DNA from: a virus
IMG/VR virus record: IMGVR_UViG_3300044701_004608
Location: 47,783-111,782 of that record
Strand: one strand, 5' to 3'
DNA length: 64,000 nt
The notes under the pieces were generated by a model that saw only the letters and a program-made list of their open reading frames with translations, was not told the DNA's origin and made no database searches. Shown here in pieces: positions 1 to 7,877 of this stretch. Position 1 is the first letter of the stretch; every line of letters begins with the position of its first letter. The position numbers and the translations under genes were made by a program.

Positions 1-276
1 GTTACGGGCGAGTAGTGTGACTTCGATGCCTTTTTGTTCGGCGATCTCAAAGGGCAACACCGCTACTACAGCAGATCCGTCACTATGGATACGGACGGTG
101 ATGTCTTGGGCCCGGTCTTCGTCGTAATCGAAGATAGCTTTAAGGGTTTCGATGACGAACTCCATTGTAGTTGTCTCGTCATTGATATAGATCACCTTGA
201 AGAAGGGCGGCTCTTTGATGGAAAGGTCTTCGGCGATTCGGGGTCTCACGATAGTTTCAGTTTTTGTGTCTGCCAT
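1..276 (-). CDS. clpS: Clp protease adaptor ClpS (runs off window edge)
   Basis: Not in ORF track. Manual translation from ATG 276 gives MADTKTET...EPPFFKVIYINDETTTMEFVIETLKAIFDYDEDRAQDITVRIHSDGSAVVAVLPFEIAEQK, a ClpS core pattern. TAAATA lies upstream at 288-293. Confidence 0.9.
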   Translation of the reverse strand, partial: MADTKTETIVRPRIAEDLSIKEPPFFKVIYINDETTTMEFVIETLKAIFDYDEDRAQDITVRIHSDGSAVVAVLPFEIAEQKGIEVTLLARN

Positions 277-309
277 GTCATGTCCAGTATTTAATCGAAA
301 GTCAAACAA

Positions 310-326
310 GGGCGGGTCTCCCCGCC
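310..326 (-). terminator. Probable intrinsic terminator after hsp20
   Basis: GGGCGGG/CCCGCCC stem with 3-nt loop, followed by TTGTTT on the minus strand. Confidence 0.55.
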
Positions 327-333
327 CAGGGCA

Positions 334-774
334 TCACTTAGCAAAAGTGATGGCGATCTTTTTAGGCTTCTTCTCCTCGGGAACCACATGCTCGAGTGCT
401 ACACTCAAGATACCATTCTTGACTGTGGCGGCACGCACTTCCACGTTGTCTGCCAGGGTGAATCTGCGAACGAAACTGCGAGCAGAAATACCACGATGCA
501 GATACTCAGGAGTATCTTCCTGCTTGGCACGCTCACCGGCCACGGTCAGCACGCCATCTTTGAGCTCAACGTCGAGTTCTTCTTCGTTGAACCCAGCCAC
601 TGCTACTTCGACCACATAATGTGCGTCGTCGAGCTTGACCACGTTATAAGGAGGATAGTTATCGCCTTTGCTGTTAGCGAAAGTGCGATTCAGTTCCTCA
701 AACATACGGTCGAAGCCGATAGCATGGCGGTGTAATGTAGGAAGATCAAAAGTGGAAAAAGTATATTGTGTCAT
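334..774 (-). CDS. hsp20: Small heat-shock protein (Hsp20/IbpA family)
   Basis: IGFDRMF, YPPYNV, EVAVAGF, YLHRGISARSF, NGILSV alpha-crystallin motifs; AAGGAG RBS. Confidence 0.95.
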   Translation of the reverse strand: MTQYTFSTFDLPTLHRHAIGFDRMFEELNRTFANSKGDNYPPYNVVKLDDAHYVVEVAVAGFNEEELDVELKDGVLTVAGERAKQEDTPEYLHRGISARSFVRRFTLADNVEVRAATVKNGILSVALEHVVPEEKKPKKIAITFAK

Positions 775-840
775 AATATTCTCCTTTATTAAGCAAGTAT
801 GACGTTAATGAAATGTAGCCCGACCATCGGCGCTACATAT
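775..840 (-). promoter_or_regulatory. ROSE-like RNA thermometer 5'UTR
   Basis: CTTGCTT-AATA-AAGGAG hairpin (781-797) pairs UUGCU against the SD with a bulged G; upstream hairpin 814-837; TATAAATA at 842-849. Confidence 0.7.
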
Positions 841-874
841 GTATTTATACAGTTTTATTTGGTGAATGTCAAGA

Positions 875-1222
875 CTATTGTAAGTCTTCGTTGGGATCAT
901 CGTCCAATTCTTCGCGGGCGAGATTCAACATGATTTGGTATTGTTCCCAGGCGTGTTGCACAGCAGGGTGTGTTTCACGGATGCGTTGGTCGGCACGGTG
1001 TTGATCCAAAATCTCGCGATCTTCCAGCCAGCCACTGATTCCATCCCAGTTGGTGCCATCGAGTGTTATGGTATCTACTGTGTTTATGGTGTATGCGGGC
1101 TGTGCAGCGGCGTAATCGGAAATATCGATAGTGATATTGCTATCTGACAGATCGATGACGCAATCTGCGGATTCTGCGCCAGACTCGGCGGTGAAGATGA
1201 AGACGTCTTTATCGTCCATCAA
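875..1222 (-). CDS. Acidic hypothetical protein
   Basis: ORF coupled to rpsU; C-terminal HPAVQHAWEQYQIML motif of small phage proteins. Confidence 0.65.
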   Translation of the reverse strand: MMDDKDVFIFTAESGAESADCVIDLSDSNITIDISDYAAAQPAYTINTVDTITLDGTNWDGISGWLEDREILDQHRADQRIRETHPAVQHAWEQYQIMLNLAREELDDDPNEDLQ

Positions 1223-1467
1223 TATAGACGTTTTGGTAGGCTTTCGTCGCGCAGTTTTTTCTGCCAGCGATTTTTCGCTGCCGCTTTCTTTTTCTTGCGG
1301 GTCACGTTGGGTTTCTCGTAAGTTTCACGATCACGGAGATCTTGTAGTTTTCCGCTTTCCATGATCTTCTTTTTGAATTTCCGGAGAGCTTTTTCCACAT
1401 TACCATCTTGCCCCACGAAAACTGTGGAACCCATAAGCCTGCGATAAGGATCTTTGTTATATGACAT
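1219..1467 (-). CDS. rpsU: 30S ribosomal protein bS21
   Basis: NVEKALRKFKKK...RDRETYEKPNVTRKKKKAAAKNR signature; TAAATA at 1477-1482. Confidence 0.93.
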   Translation of the reverse strand: MSYNKDPYRRLMGSTVFVGQDGNVEKALRKFKKKIMESGKLQDLRDRETYEKPNVTRKKKKAAAKNRWQKKLRDESLPKRLY

Positions 1468-1518
1468 ATCAATAAGTATTTAGCAAAATAATATAGTACT
1501 ATTTAGATTTTCGCAAGA

Positions 1519-1908
1519 CTATTCGGACAAATCAATCTTTTGCTGATTCTGTATATAAAGTAAAAAATATTCTTGTGCCGATTTGATGTGCTTGGCGGTT
1601 GATAGGAATCTTTTTGGGCCATAATGATAGGCTTTTTGGTGTTCAACTAAACGGTCTTTGATGGGAGAAATCTTTGAGGGTTCAGTATTGATCAACACCG
1701 TATCTACTAAATTAAACACAGTTTCCAACCATTTAAGATCGTCAAAGATATCAGCATAGAGATAGACATCAAAGTCTGTTCCGGCAGTTTTACATATCAT
1801 GCCTAAGTCTAATACAGTTTTTTGATTGGGGTCAATAACCAATACTGAATGGTTTTGTCTTTGTTCTAATTCGAGTATGTCTGGGGGGCTGATAAAGTTA
1901 CTATGCAT
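1519..1908 (-). CDS. Hypothetical protein
   Basis: 129-aa ORF overlapping the upstream gene end. Confidence 0.65.
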   Translation of the reverse strand: MHSNFISPPDILELEQRQNHSVLVIDPNQKTVLDLGMICKTAGTDFDVYLYADIFDDLKWLETVFNLVDTVLINTEPSKISPIKDRLVEHQKAYHYGPKRFLSTAKHIKSAQEYFLLYIQNQQKIDLSE

Positions 1909-3574
1909 TTTTTCCCGAAATTTTTAGATATTCATCAACTTGTGCTCGTTCGATATCATTAAGATCATCGCGGTCGTATTCACCGGATTTAATGCGTTCA
2001 ACGAGATGCAGTATATATTGTTCGTTATAGGCATAAGAATCTGTGGATTTTTTATCAACCTCTATCCACTTAGTGCCGTTCCATTTGAAGAGTTTGCTTG
2101 GCAAGTAATCTACTCGAAGATAGAGATCTCCTTTGTTGGGATCGCTAGGGAAGCCGCTACCGAAACTGACCTCACCGCCGGACAGTGGCACATCATTGAC
2201 ATCAGCTACCAACGAAAACTCTTCTTCGAGATTTTTTGGCATCGTTGTTAGCTGTGATTTTTGTTTAAATTGGTTGAGTTCATTGATGGCTTGTTCAGCG
2301 GCTATCAAGGCTTCTTCCATTTGCACATGCAAATCATTTTGTTGCTGTCTTAGGTCTTCAATCTCTTTGTTTTTCTTTTCGATCTCAACCGAGAGCACCG
2401 AATTGCGCTCAGTAATTTCAAAATTTTCTTTCTTTCTTTGATCTGCTATCTCTATAAAAGACGTGAGTTCAGTATCAATAGTCCTGATCGCTGTTTCAAA
2501 TTCTTGGATCTCAGAGTTTAATTTTTCTATATGTTGAGTCTGCTGGCGTATAGTTTCTTCGTAGGCGATCTGTTGTTGTTCGATTTCTTGTATGGATCGT
2601 GCCTGATCAATTATAAGATCAACATCGATTTCGGGTTCGATCTGTTGTGCTAGTTCGTTAGCACGATCAAGGTCGGACAGATCTTCATTCGCCACTGGTG
2701 CTTGCGCCAGTTCGTTACCCTCCTCTTTCTCGATCTCTTTTTTCCTCATCACTTCTCGATGATGGTCTTCGGTTTCAAAGTTTATTCCTTTAGCCCATTC
2801 GATCTGTTTGCTACCGGCAAGGATCAGCACGATAGCCAGTGGGTCGAACACTAGAACGATGAGTATGATCACCCAGCGCACGGCTTTTTCTAGTGTATTG
2901 GTATCAGGATTGTCACCATAGATCAGTGCGGCCACATATTTCACAGGACCCACTTCGGCTTCGATCTTGCGAAGATCTTTGGCTATAGGTGCTTTCTGTT
3001 CTTGTAACTTTACGATATTGGCCTGGGCCTGTTCGACTTGCTTGGTTAGTGCGGCACGATCTCGGGCCTGCTGTCTGCGGATCTGTAATGAGCGTTCAGC
3101 CGCACTATTAAGTTTAGTGGAACCATCTTTTAATTTAACTTCTTGATCCCCACTGGCGATGACACCATTGACGGCGGCGTCCATCTGTTTGATGACTGCT
3201 TGTGCGTTGGCGATATTATCACGCTCGATCTTGATCTTCTCATCGATGAGTGCTACCTGCGCGGCCACATCACCGGTGGGTACAGTCTGATCGAGGTGTG
3301 CCTTGGAAAGGAACCCAAAGATGCCCATGCTGGTGAGTAACATCAAGAAAGCCAGGGCAGGCACTAGATAACATTTATATGTCCAGGTAGCTCGACCCCA
3401 GTTGCGATGCAACCATACAGCAGTCATGAGCTTGCCGGCCTCGAGCGCACCGCCCATGATCACGATGGGCCAGAAAGCCGCCGCGAATATGGCTGTGAGA
3501 CCTAATATGGAGTAATAGGCAGCGACCACAGAAATCACTATGGCCACTGCCAGAGTCGCTATACCTAAAAACAT
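1901..3574 (-). CDS. Membrane-anchored long coiled-coil protein
   Basis: Several N-terminal TM helices, a further TM (VLVFDPLAI) and long heptad-rich segments; TAAATA at 3582-3587. Confidence 0.75.
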   Translation of the reverse strand: MFLGIATLAVAIVISVVAAYYSILGLTAIFAAAFWPIVIMGGALEAGKLMTAVWLHRNWGRATWTYKCYLVPALAFLMLLTSMGIFGFLSKAHLDQTVPTGDVAAQVALIDEKIKIERDNIANAQAVIKQMDAAVNGVIASGDQEVKLKDGSTKLNSAAERSLQIRRQQARDRAALTKQVEQAQANIVKLQEQKAPIAKDLRKIEAEVGPVKYVAALIYGDNPDTNTLEKAVRWVIILIVLVFDPLAIVLILAGSKQIEWAKGINFETEDHHREVMRKKEIEKEEGNELAQAPVANEDLSDLDRANELAQQIEPEIDVDLIIDQARSIQEIEQQQIAYEETIRQQTQHIEKLNSEIQEFETAIRTIDTELTSFIEIADQRKKENFEITERNSVLSVEIEKKNKEIEDLRQQQNDLHVQMEEALIAAEQAINELNQFKQKSQLTTMPKNLEEEFSLVADVNDVPLSGGEVSFGSGFPSDPNKGDLYLRVDYLPSKLFKWNGTKWIEVDKKSTDSYAYNEQYILHLVERIKSGEYDRDDLNDIERAQVDEYLKISGKNA

Positions 3575-3633
3575 GATTATGTATTTAACCCTAGAGTTGT
3601 TAAAAAATATAGTAGCAGAAACTCAGAGATAAA

Positions 3634-3843
3634 TCAACCGAGAATAGTAGGTTTCCACGCCAAACACCAGTATTCTGGACGTACTGGTGCGAACCAGCGA
3701 CGGCACTGCCCAGAATCGAAATAGCCGCAATTACCACAGGCTTGGCTTCCCGGTGTTACACCGGGCACACCCGAAAGCTGATATTCGGGCGGCAGCTTTG
3801 GGCATATAGGTGTGCCATCGGGATACAGCCTCTGGTCACTCAC
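3634..3843 (-). CDS. HiPIP-like small Cys protein (putative 4Fe-4S)
   Basis: CGNC-x7-C-x11-WCLAW resembles the HiPIP C-x2-C-xn-C-xn-WC ligand pattern; no Tat signal. Confidence 0.5.
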   Translation of the reverse strand: MSDQRLYPDGTPICPKLPPEYQLSGVPGVTPGSQACGNCGYFDSGQCRRWFAPVRPEYWCLAWKPTILG

Positions 3844-4618
3844 TGGACGCCTCCGTGAAACGATCTGGGAACTGCAGGACTATGCCTTTGGCGAATATGT
3901 CCGAAAACGCTGGCGTGCCATCATACTGTCCGGCCAGGATGATACGGTGCGCTGTGTCCACCGCTTCGATATCGGCAGGCCAGTTTTTGCTGACGCGGGC
4001 ACGACATTGTTCGATCCAGGCCTGGAGCACTTTGCCAAAGATGGCCTTGACCACATCGGCGGGCCAGTGCTGGGGGTTGGCTTTTTGTGCGAAGTTGGCG
4101 AAATCGTCGAGTTCGGCATCGACTTTCTTGACTAAGGCATCGATGTTGCCGCCTTTCTTGAGCGTCTGCACGATCTCTAGTACTGTGAGTACAAACGATC
4201 TCATGTATTGTGCCAACTGTTTGCTGGCTACTAATCCATAGTAGGGGCGAACCGAGTCACCGATCTCGTCGATGTTTTGGAACAGTTGCTCTTCGACCAC
4301 GGCCAAGTCTTCGCCGTTGTGCAAGGCGCTGGTGATGTAGTTGCGCAGTCTCCACAGGTATCTAGCCCAGATGGTGCGCTGGTCCATGCGCCAAGTCACA
4401 GCGGGTTCTGTGTTGAACACCGATATCGTGCCGGGCACATACATGGCTGTTTCTGTGACCACTACGCCGTTGCCGTTGGGGTTACCGTTGCCGTTGGTGT
4501 AGCCGTTGCCGTTAGTGTAGCCGTTGCCGTTGAGTTTGACGCCGTTGATGGCTTCCAGGGCCAAGGGATGATCAAAGTGTTCTTCTTTGATGGTGTGTGT
4601 TATGAGTTTGTAAACCAT
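3836..4618 (-). CDS. Helical-bundle protein, paralog B, with NGNG repeats
   Basis: Shares MVYK start and W..Y.WR.R...YYG...NP..W...W...FA.GIV.Q.PDRF with 8559-9173. Confidence 0.75.
   Translation of the reverse strand: MVYKLITHTIKEEHFDHPLALEAINGVKLNGNGYTNGNGYTNGNGNPNGNGVVVTETAMYVPGTISVFNTEPAVTWRMDQRTIWARYLWRLRNYITSALHNGEDLAVVEEQLFQNIDEIGDSVRPYYGLVASKQLAQYMRSFVLTVLEIVQTLKKGGNIDALVKKVDAELDDFANFAQKANPQHWPADVVKAIFGKVLQAWIEQCRARVSKNWPADIEAVDTAHRIILAGQYDGTPAFSDIFAKGIVLQFPDRFTEASSE
4466..4531 (-). repeat. 18-bp tandem repeat encoding NGNG(YT/NP) x4
   Basis: Repeated gccgttgccgtt units; protein NGNGYTNGNGYTNGNGNPNGNG. Confidence 0.85.
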
Positions 4619-4633
4619 TTTAAATCTCCTTTG

Positions 4634-5155
4634 TTAAGATTGTTGTACATTGGCGATGACCCACCATGCGCCGTTTTGTCCCAGCAGAGTCACTGACTCA
4701 TAGGGTTGTTGCAATTCAAGTTCTTGATCTCTGCCTTCGAGATCGTTGCCACCTTGTGGGATGATCTTGGTCTTGTAGCCGCCGGGGCCACGCTGGTCCT
4801 TGATGATCAGGATCCTACAGATGGCACCTATCACTGGCAGTTTGATATCCACTGTCTTGCCCACGGATGGTTTGACGACTCCGATGTAGTAGTCATCGCT
4901 TTGTACCGTGTAGTCGGCGTTGACATAGCGTGTGACGCAGTTGTGATTACCCCCGCCACCGTTGGCGCTCAATGTACCATCGGCGGCCACTGTGAGACCT
5001 GTGCCGACCTTGACCACGCCCAGATCAGTGGTGGTGGCGATGTCAGCATCGATTTCAAAGTCCACGTTGCCAGCAGGCGCTGTAGGATCCGGAGGTATGC
5101 TTTGTTTCAAGGCTCGCCCTGCTCGCACTGCGGTGGGTGCGCGGAAGTAACTCAT
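4634..5155 (-). CDS. Mini-fibre protein (fibre repeat + beta head)
   Basis: ATTTDLGVVKVGTGLTVAADGTLS repeat plus DDYYIGV...LP...IIKD...W head domain. Confidence 0.7.
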   Translation of the reverse strand: MSYFRAPTAVRAGRALKQSIPPDPTAPAGNVDFEIDADIATTTDLGVVKVGTGLTVAADGTLSANGGGGNHNCVTRYVNADYTVQSDDYYIGVVKPSVGKTVDIKLPVIGAICRILIIKDQRGPGGYKTKIIPQGGNDLEGRDQELELQQPYESVTLLGQNGAWWVIANVQQS

Positions 5156-5164
5156 GATCGCTCC

Positions 5165-5557
5165 TTAGACCACGTGCCATTCCGTGCCACGGAAGATGAA
5201 ACTCACTGATCCGTAAGTCACGGTGTTGACGAAAGTGGCAGATCCATCGATGGTCTCGCCGCCAGTACCTTGGATGGTGATGTTGCCGGATCCTGGGCCC
5301 AGTTCGTCTTTGATGATGAACATCTTGCCATCGGTGCCAGTGGGCAGCGTGATGGTAGTGGCCACAGCCGAGTTCACTCCGATGTAGTAGTCATCGTTGG
5401 TGGCCGCGTAGTCCACTGTGACCACTGTAGTATTGTAGATGGGATTGCTGGGCGAGCCGCCTGTGACAGAGATCACGCCCCCGGTGATGGTTATTCCTGT
5501 GCCGGCCTGTACTAGGCCGAAATCTGTGGTTGATGCTAAAGGTACTTTGTATGACAT
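5165..5557 (-). CDS. Mini-fibre protein (fibre repeat + beta head)
   Basis: ASTTDFGLVQAGTGITITGGVISV plus DDYYIGVN..TITLP..GKMFIIKDE..TIDG..GTEWHVV; AAGGA RBS. Confidence 0.75.
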   Translation of the reverse strand: MSYKVPLASTTDFGLVQAGTGITITGGVISVTGGSPSNPIYNTTVVTVDYAATNDDYYIGVNSAVATTITLPTGTDGKMFIIKDELGPGSGNITIQGTGGETIDGSATFVNTVTYGSVSFIFRGTEWHVV

Positions 5558-5569
5558 GGTGTTTTCCTT

Positions 5570-6124
5570 TTATAGTTGTATGATGGTGCATCTCACGCTG
5601 GGTGTCGCTGGTCGGATGGGCCCAACTTGTGCAGGTGTAGTCAACAATCGCATGTTGACATCAGTGCTTTGCCAAGCGACCTGTATGTTGTCGCCGGCGT
5701 TTAACGCCACGGTGAAATTCCACGACGCCACCAACACTCCCACGGTGCCTTCCACTGACACCTGAGAGTTGGTATTGGGATAGGCTGTGCCATTGCGTAT
5801 CAGCCATAGGTCTGCGAGATCCGTCCCAGCGTCGGTCTTGTCGATCTGTATCACGAACTGGAAGTTGTAGTTGGCATCCTTGCTCACAGTGATCTGGGAG
5901 CCACCCACCAATGTGATGCCCACGTTGATGGCAGAGTTGTCAAATGTGATGATGTTGACAGCGTTGGCCACTGGGTTGGTCTGTGTCTGTGTGCTGAAAA
6001 AGTAGGCTTGATCCAGCAAGGCCACCGGCACCACGCTGATCACCCCATCAGTGACAGACAGTCCGGAGCCGGACTGTACCACTCCATAGTCACCGGCGGT
6101 GCTGATGGGCTGCTTGTAGGTCAT
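5570..6124 (-). CDS. Mini-fibre with C1q/BclA-C-like head
   Basis: Start revised to MTYKQP (TAATG overlap). Same N-terminal repeat, then ITFD..GITL..SQITV..YNFQF..IRNG..LNAGDNIQV jelly-roll pattern. Confidence 0.65.
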   Translation of the reverse strand: MTYKQPISTAGDYGVVQSGSGLSVTDGVISVVPVALLDQAYFFSTQTQTNPVANAVNIITFDNSAINVGITLVGGSQITVSKDANYNFQFVIQIDKTDAGTDLADLWLIRNGTAYPNTNSQVSVEGTVGVLVASWNFTVALNAGDNIQVAWQSTDVNMRLLTTPAQVGPIRPATPSVRCTIIQL

Positions 6125-6558
6125 TACACCACGTTCCATTCCGTGCCGTTGAACACCAGGGTTATGCTGGCATAGTCGGTGTTGAGCACATAAGTGGCAG
6201 CACCATCTATGGTGTTGCCGTTGCCGGACACTGTTATGTTGTTGGTGTTGGCGTCACCGTCGATGTCCTTGATGATCAAGACCTGTCCCACGATGGGACT
6301 GGCTGGCAGCACCACAGTAGCTGGTGCCGCTATGTTCACGCCCAGATAGTAGTCTCCGGGTTGCACGGCGTAGGGCGTGGAATTCACTATCGTGACATTG
6401 ACCGGGCTGGGACTGCCAGTGAATGTGCCTAGATTGATGAAGTCATTTCCCCAGCCACCAATGCTGTTGTTGAGTTGTGACACTGGCGCAGGGCGTGCTA
6501 CGGGTAAGAGACCCGGGCGGCGTGGGCGGAATATTATCGGGCTGTAGTACTGGAACAT
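6124..6558 (-). CDS. Beta-head paralog with Pro/Arg-rich N-terminus
   Basis: GDYYLGVN..VVLP..GQVLIIKD..TIDG..NGTEWNVV, paralogous to 4634 and 5165. Confidence 0.75.
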   Translation of the reverse strand: MFQYYSPIIFRPRRPGLLPVARPAPVSQLNNSIGGWGNDFINLGTFTGSPSPVNVTIVNSTPYAVQPGDYYLGVNIAAPATVVLPASPIVGQVLIIKDIDGDANTNNITVSGNGNTIDGAATYVLNTDYASITLVFNGTEWNVV

Positions 6559-6948
6559 TTATTTTTCCTTGTTTTCGTCAATGATGTCTTGTGCGGTCAA
6601 CACCTGTTTGACCTTGTTGATTTTTTTGGTCACTTCGTCCAAATTGGAGAATAGTGGGCCGGCCGCGGGTGCTTGTTCCACTGGTTCTTCAACTTCTGAT
6701 TCTTTGTCGTCAACGACGAACTTGAGAAGTTGTTCGGCCCGCTCTAAAATCTGTGCTTCTGTGGGATAAGGTGCGAATGGTGGATATGGCAAGCGTTCCC
6801 GGCGAGTTTTCCACACCAGATCAGCATCTGCCAACCACTTGTTGTGATCTTCGGCGCGCTTGTTGATGTATTCTTCGTTGAGGAGGGTGCGCGCCATCCT
6901 CAAGACCTCCATCCTATGTTTGGCTAGTTCAATGTCCTTGTCTATCAT
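6559..6948 (-). CDS. Hypothetical phage protein
   Basis: Start revised to the ATGA overlap; YPTEAQILERAEQLLKFV motif. Confidence 0.7.
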   Translation of the reverse strand: MIDKDIELAKHRMEVLRMARTLLNEEYINKRAEDHNKWLADADLVWKTRRERLPYPPFAPYPTEAQILERAEQLLKFVVDDKESEVEEPVEQAPAAGPLFSNLDEVTKKINKVKQVLTAQDIIDENKEK

Positions 6949-7148
6949 TGTTGTCCCCAATCACTGCGGTTCCATAATCTTTCATGTATGATATAACTGA
7001 TAGAGTTGATCACCAGTGTGGCAGCTCCTATCGATAGTCCTTTCCAGGGATCTCCAGTCACTACCCAACCCACTGTGCTGTTAGTGATCATCATCCAGAT
7101 CCTCCAGGTCAGAGTTTTGACTGCTGTGCGTGTCAGTGTGTCTGTCAT
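6945..7148 (-). CDS. DUF2061-like small membrane protein
   Basis: RTAVKTLTWR...VTG...YIIHERLWNR..WG. Confidence 0.75.
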   Translation of the reverse strand: MTDTLTRTAVKTLTWRIWMMITNSTVGWVVTGDPWKGLSIGAATLVINSISYIIHERLWNRSDWGQQ

Positions 7149-7396
7149 TGCCAGCGATCTAGCACGATAATCAGCACAGAGATCAAGGCTGTGGCTATTG
7201 AAACTGCTGTACCCACTACCTTGATCGTCTCTTGTCGATGGTGGTCACGATATTCTTTGAGCCGGGCCAGATCGTGTTCGGCCTCATCTATTCGTTTCTC
7301 GAGTGCCTGGTATCGTTCATGGCACAATTCTACATGTGCCTCAAGGTTGTCGCGCTCGATGCCGAGATACTTTTTGGCTGTGACCACAAAACTCAT
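7145..7396 (-). CDS. Coiled-coil + C-terminal TM protein, paralog of 24862-25131
   Basis: IERDNLEAHVELCHERY vs IEKKSLEAHVELCAERY. Confidence 0.75.
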   Translation of the reverse strand: MSFVVTAKKYLGIERDNLEAHVELCHERYQALEKRIDEAEHDLARLKEYRDHHRQETIKVVGTAVSIATALISVLIIVLDRWQ

Positions 7397-7400
7397 TGTG

Positions 7401-7661
7401 TTAACCCACTACAGTTGGTGTAGAAGTCTGCGCAACGGTATCCATGTCGCCGGTGTTTATCAAACGCTGACCTGACACTGCACTACGGTTGTAGTTGCCT
7501 ACAAATGTGTTGTTGGCACTTTGTACCGCGCCTACCCCAGGATAACCGTATCCCACACCGTATCCGCCAAATCCATAATTTGGCCATCCCCAGCCGCCCC
7601 ATGGGTAACGACGGTGAGCAAAGCTACCGTAGAAGGGGTGGTGATGATATAAACTAAACAT
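7401..7661 (-). CDS. Gly/Tyr/Trp-rich small protein
   Basis: Start revised to MFSLY (AAGGAG RBS). WGGWGWPNYGFGGYGVGYGYPG; C-terminus homologous to 7878-8441. Confidence 0.75.
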   Translation of the reverse strand: MFSLYHHHPFYGSFAHRRYPWGGWGWPNYGFGGYGVGYGYPGVGAVQSANNTFVGNYNRSAVSGQRLINTGDMDTVAQTSTPTVVG

Positions 7662-7680
7662 ATTCAATCTCCTTGTTAAA

Positions 7681-7707
7681 AGACGAGCAGGGATCACCCG
7701 CTCGTCT
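7681..7707 (-). terminator. Intra-operon hairpin (attenuator or stability element)
   Basis: AGACGAGC...GCTCGTCT stem followed by a short T run on the minus strand. Confidence 0.55.
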
Positions 7708-7715
7708 ACTCTCAA

Positions 7716-7862
7716 TTACCAGTAATAGGGACCGTAACCCCCACCGTAGTAGGGATAACCGTATCCATATCCCCAATATGGGTAGGCTAAGCCCCCATAG
7801 TAAGGATAACCAATACCGGCTGCCAGGTAAGGCCTGGCGTAACCCCAGGGCCTATAGAACAT
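7716..7862 (-). CDS. 48-aa Tyr/Gly/Pro-rich peptide (not in ORF track)
   Basis: MFYRPWGYARPYLAAGIGYPYYGGLAYPYWGYGYGYPYYGGGYGPYYW; GGAGG RBS. Confidence 0.8.
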   Translation of the reverse strand: MFYRPWGYARPYLAAGIGYPYYGGLAYPYWGYGYGYPYYGGGYGPYYW

Positions 7863-7877
7863 GGTCTCTTCCTCCGA

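Noticed and set aside
34-735. Plus-strand ORFs 34-294, 197-619 and 388-735
   Set aside because: Antisense shadows of clpS and hsp20.
4634-6558. Diversity-generating retroelement acting on the fibre heads
   Set aside because: No reverse transcriptase in the window and no near-identical TR/VR pair differing at adenines was seen.
7401-7862. Sulfur-globule proteins
   Set aside because: Composition is similar, but these have no signal peptides and no sulfur-oxidation genes are nearby.
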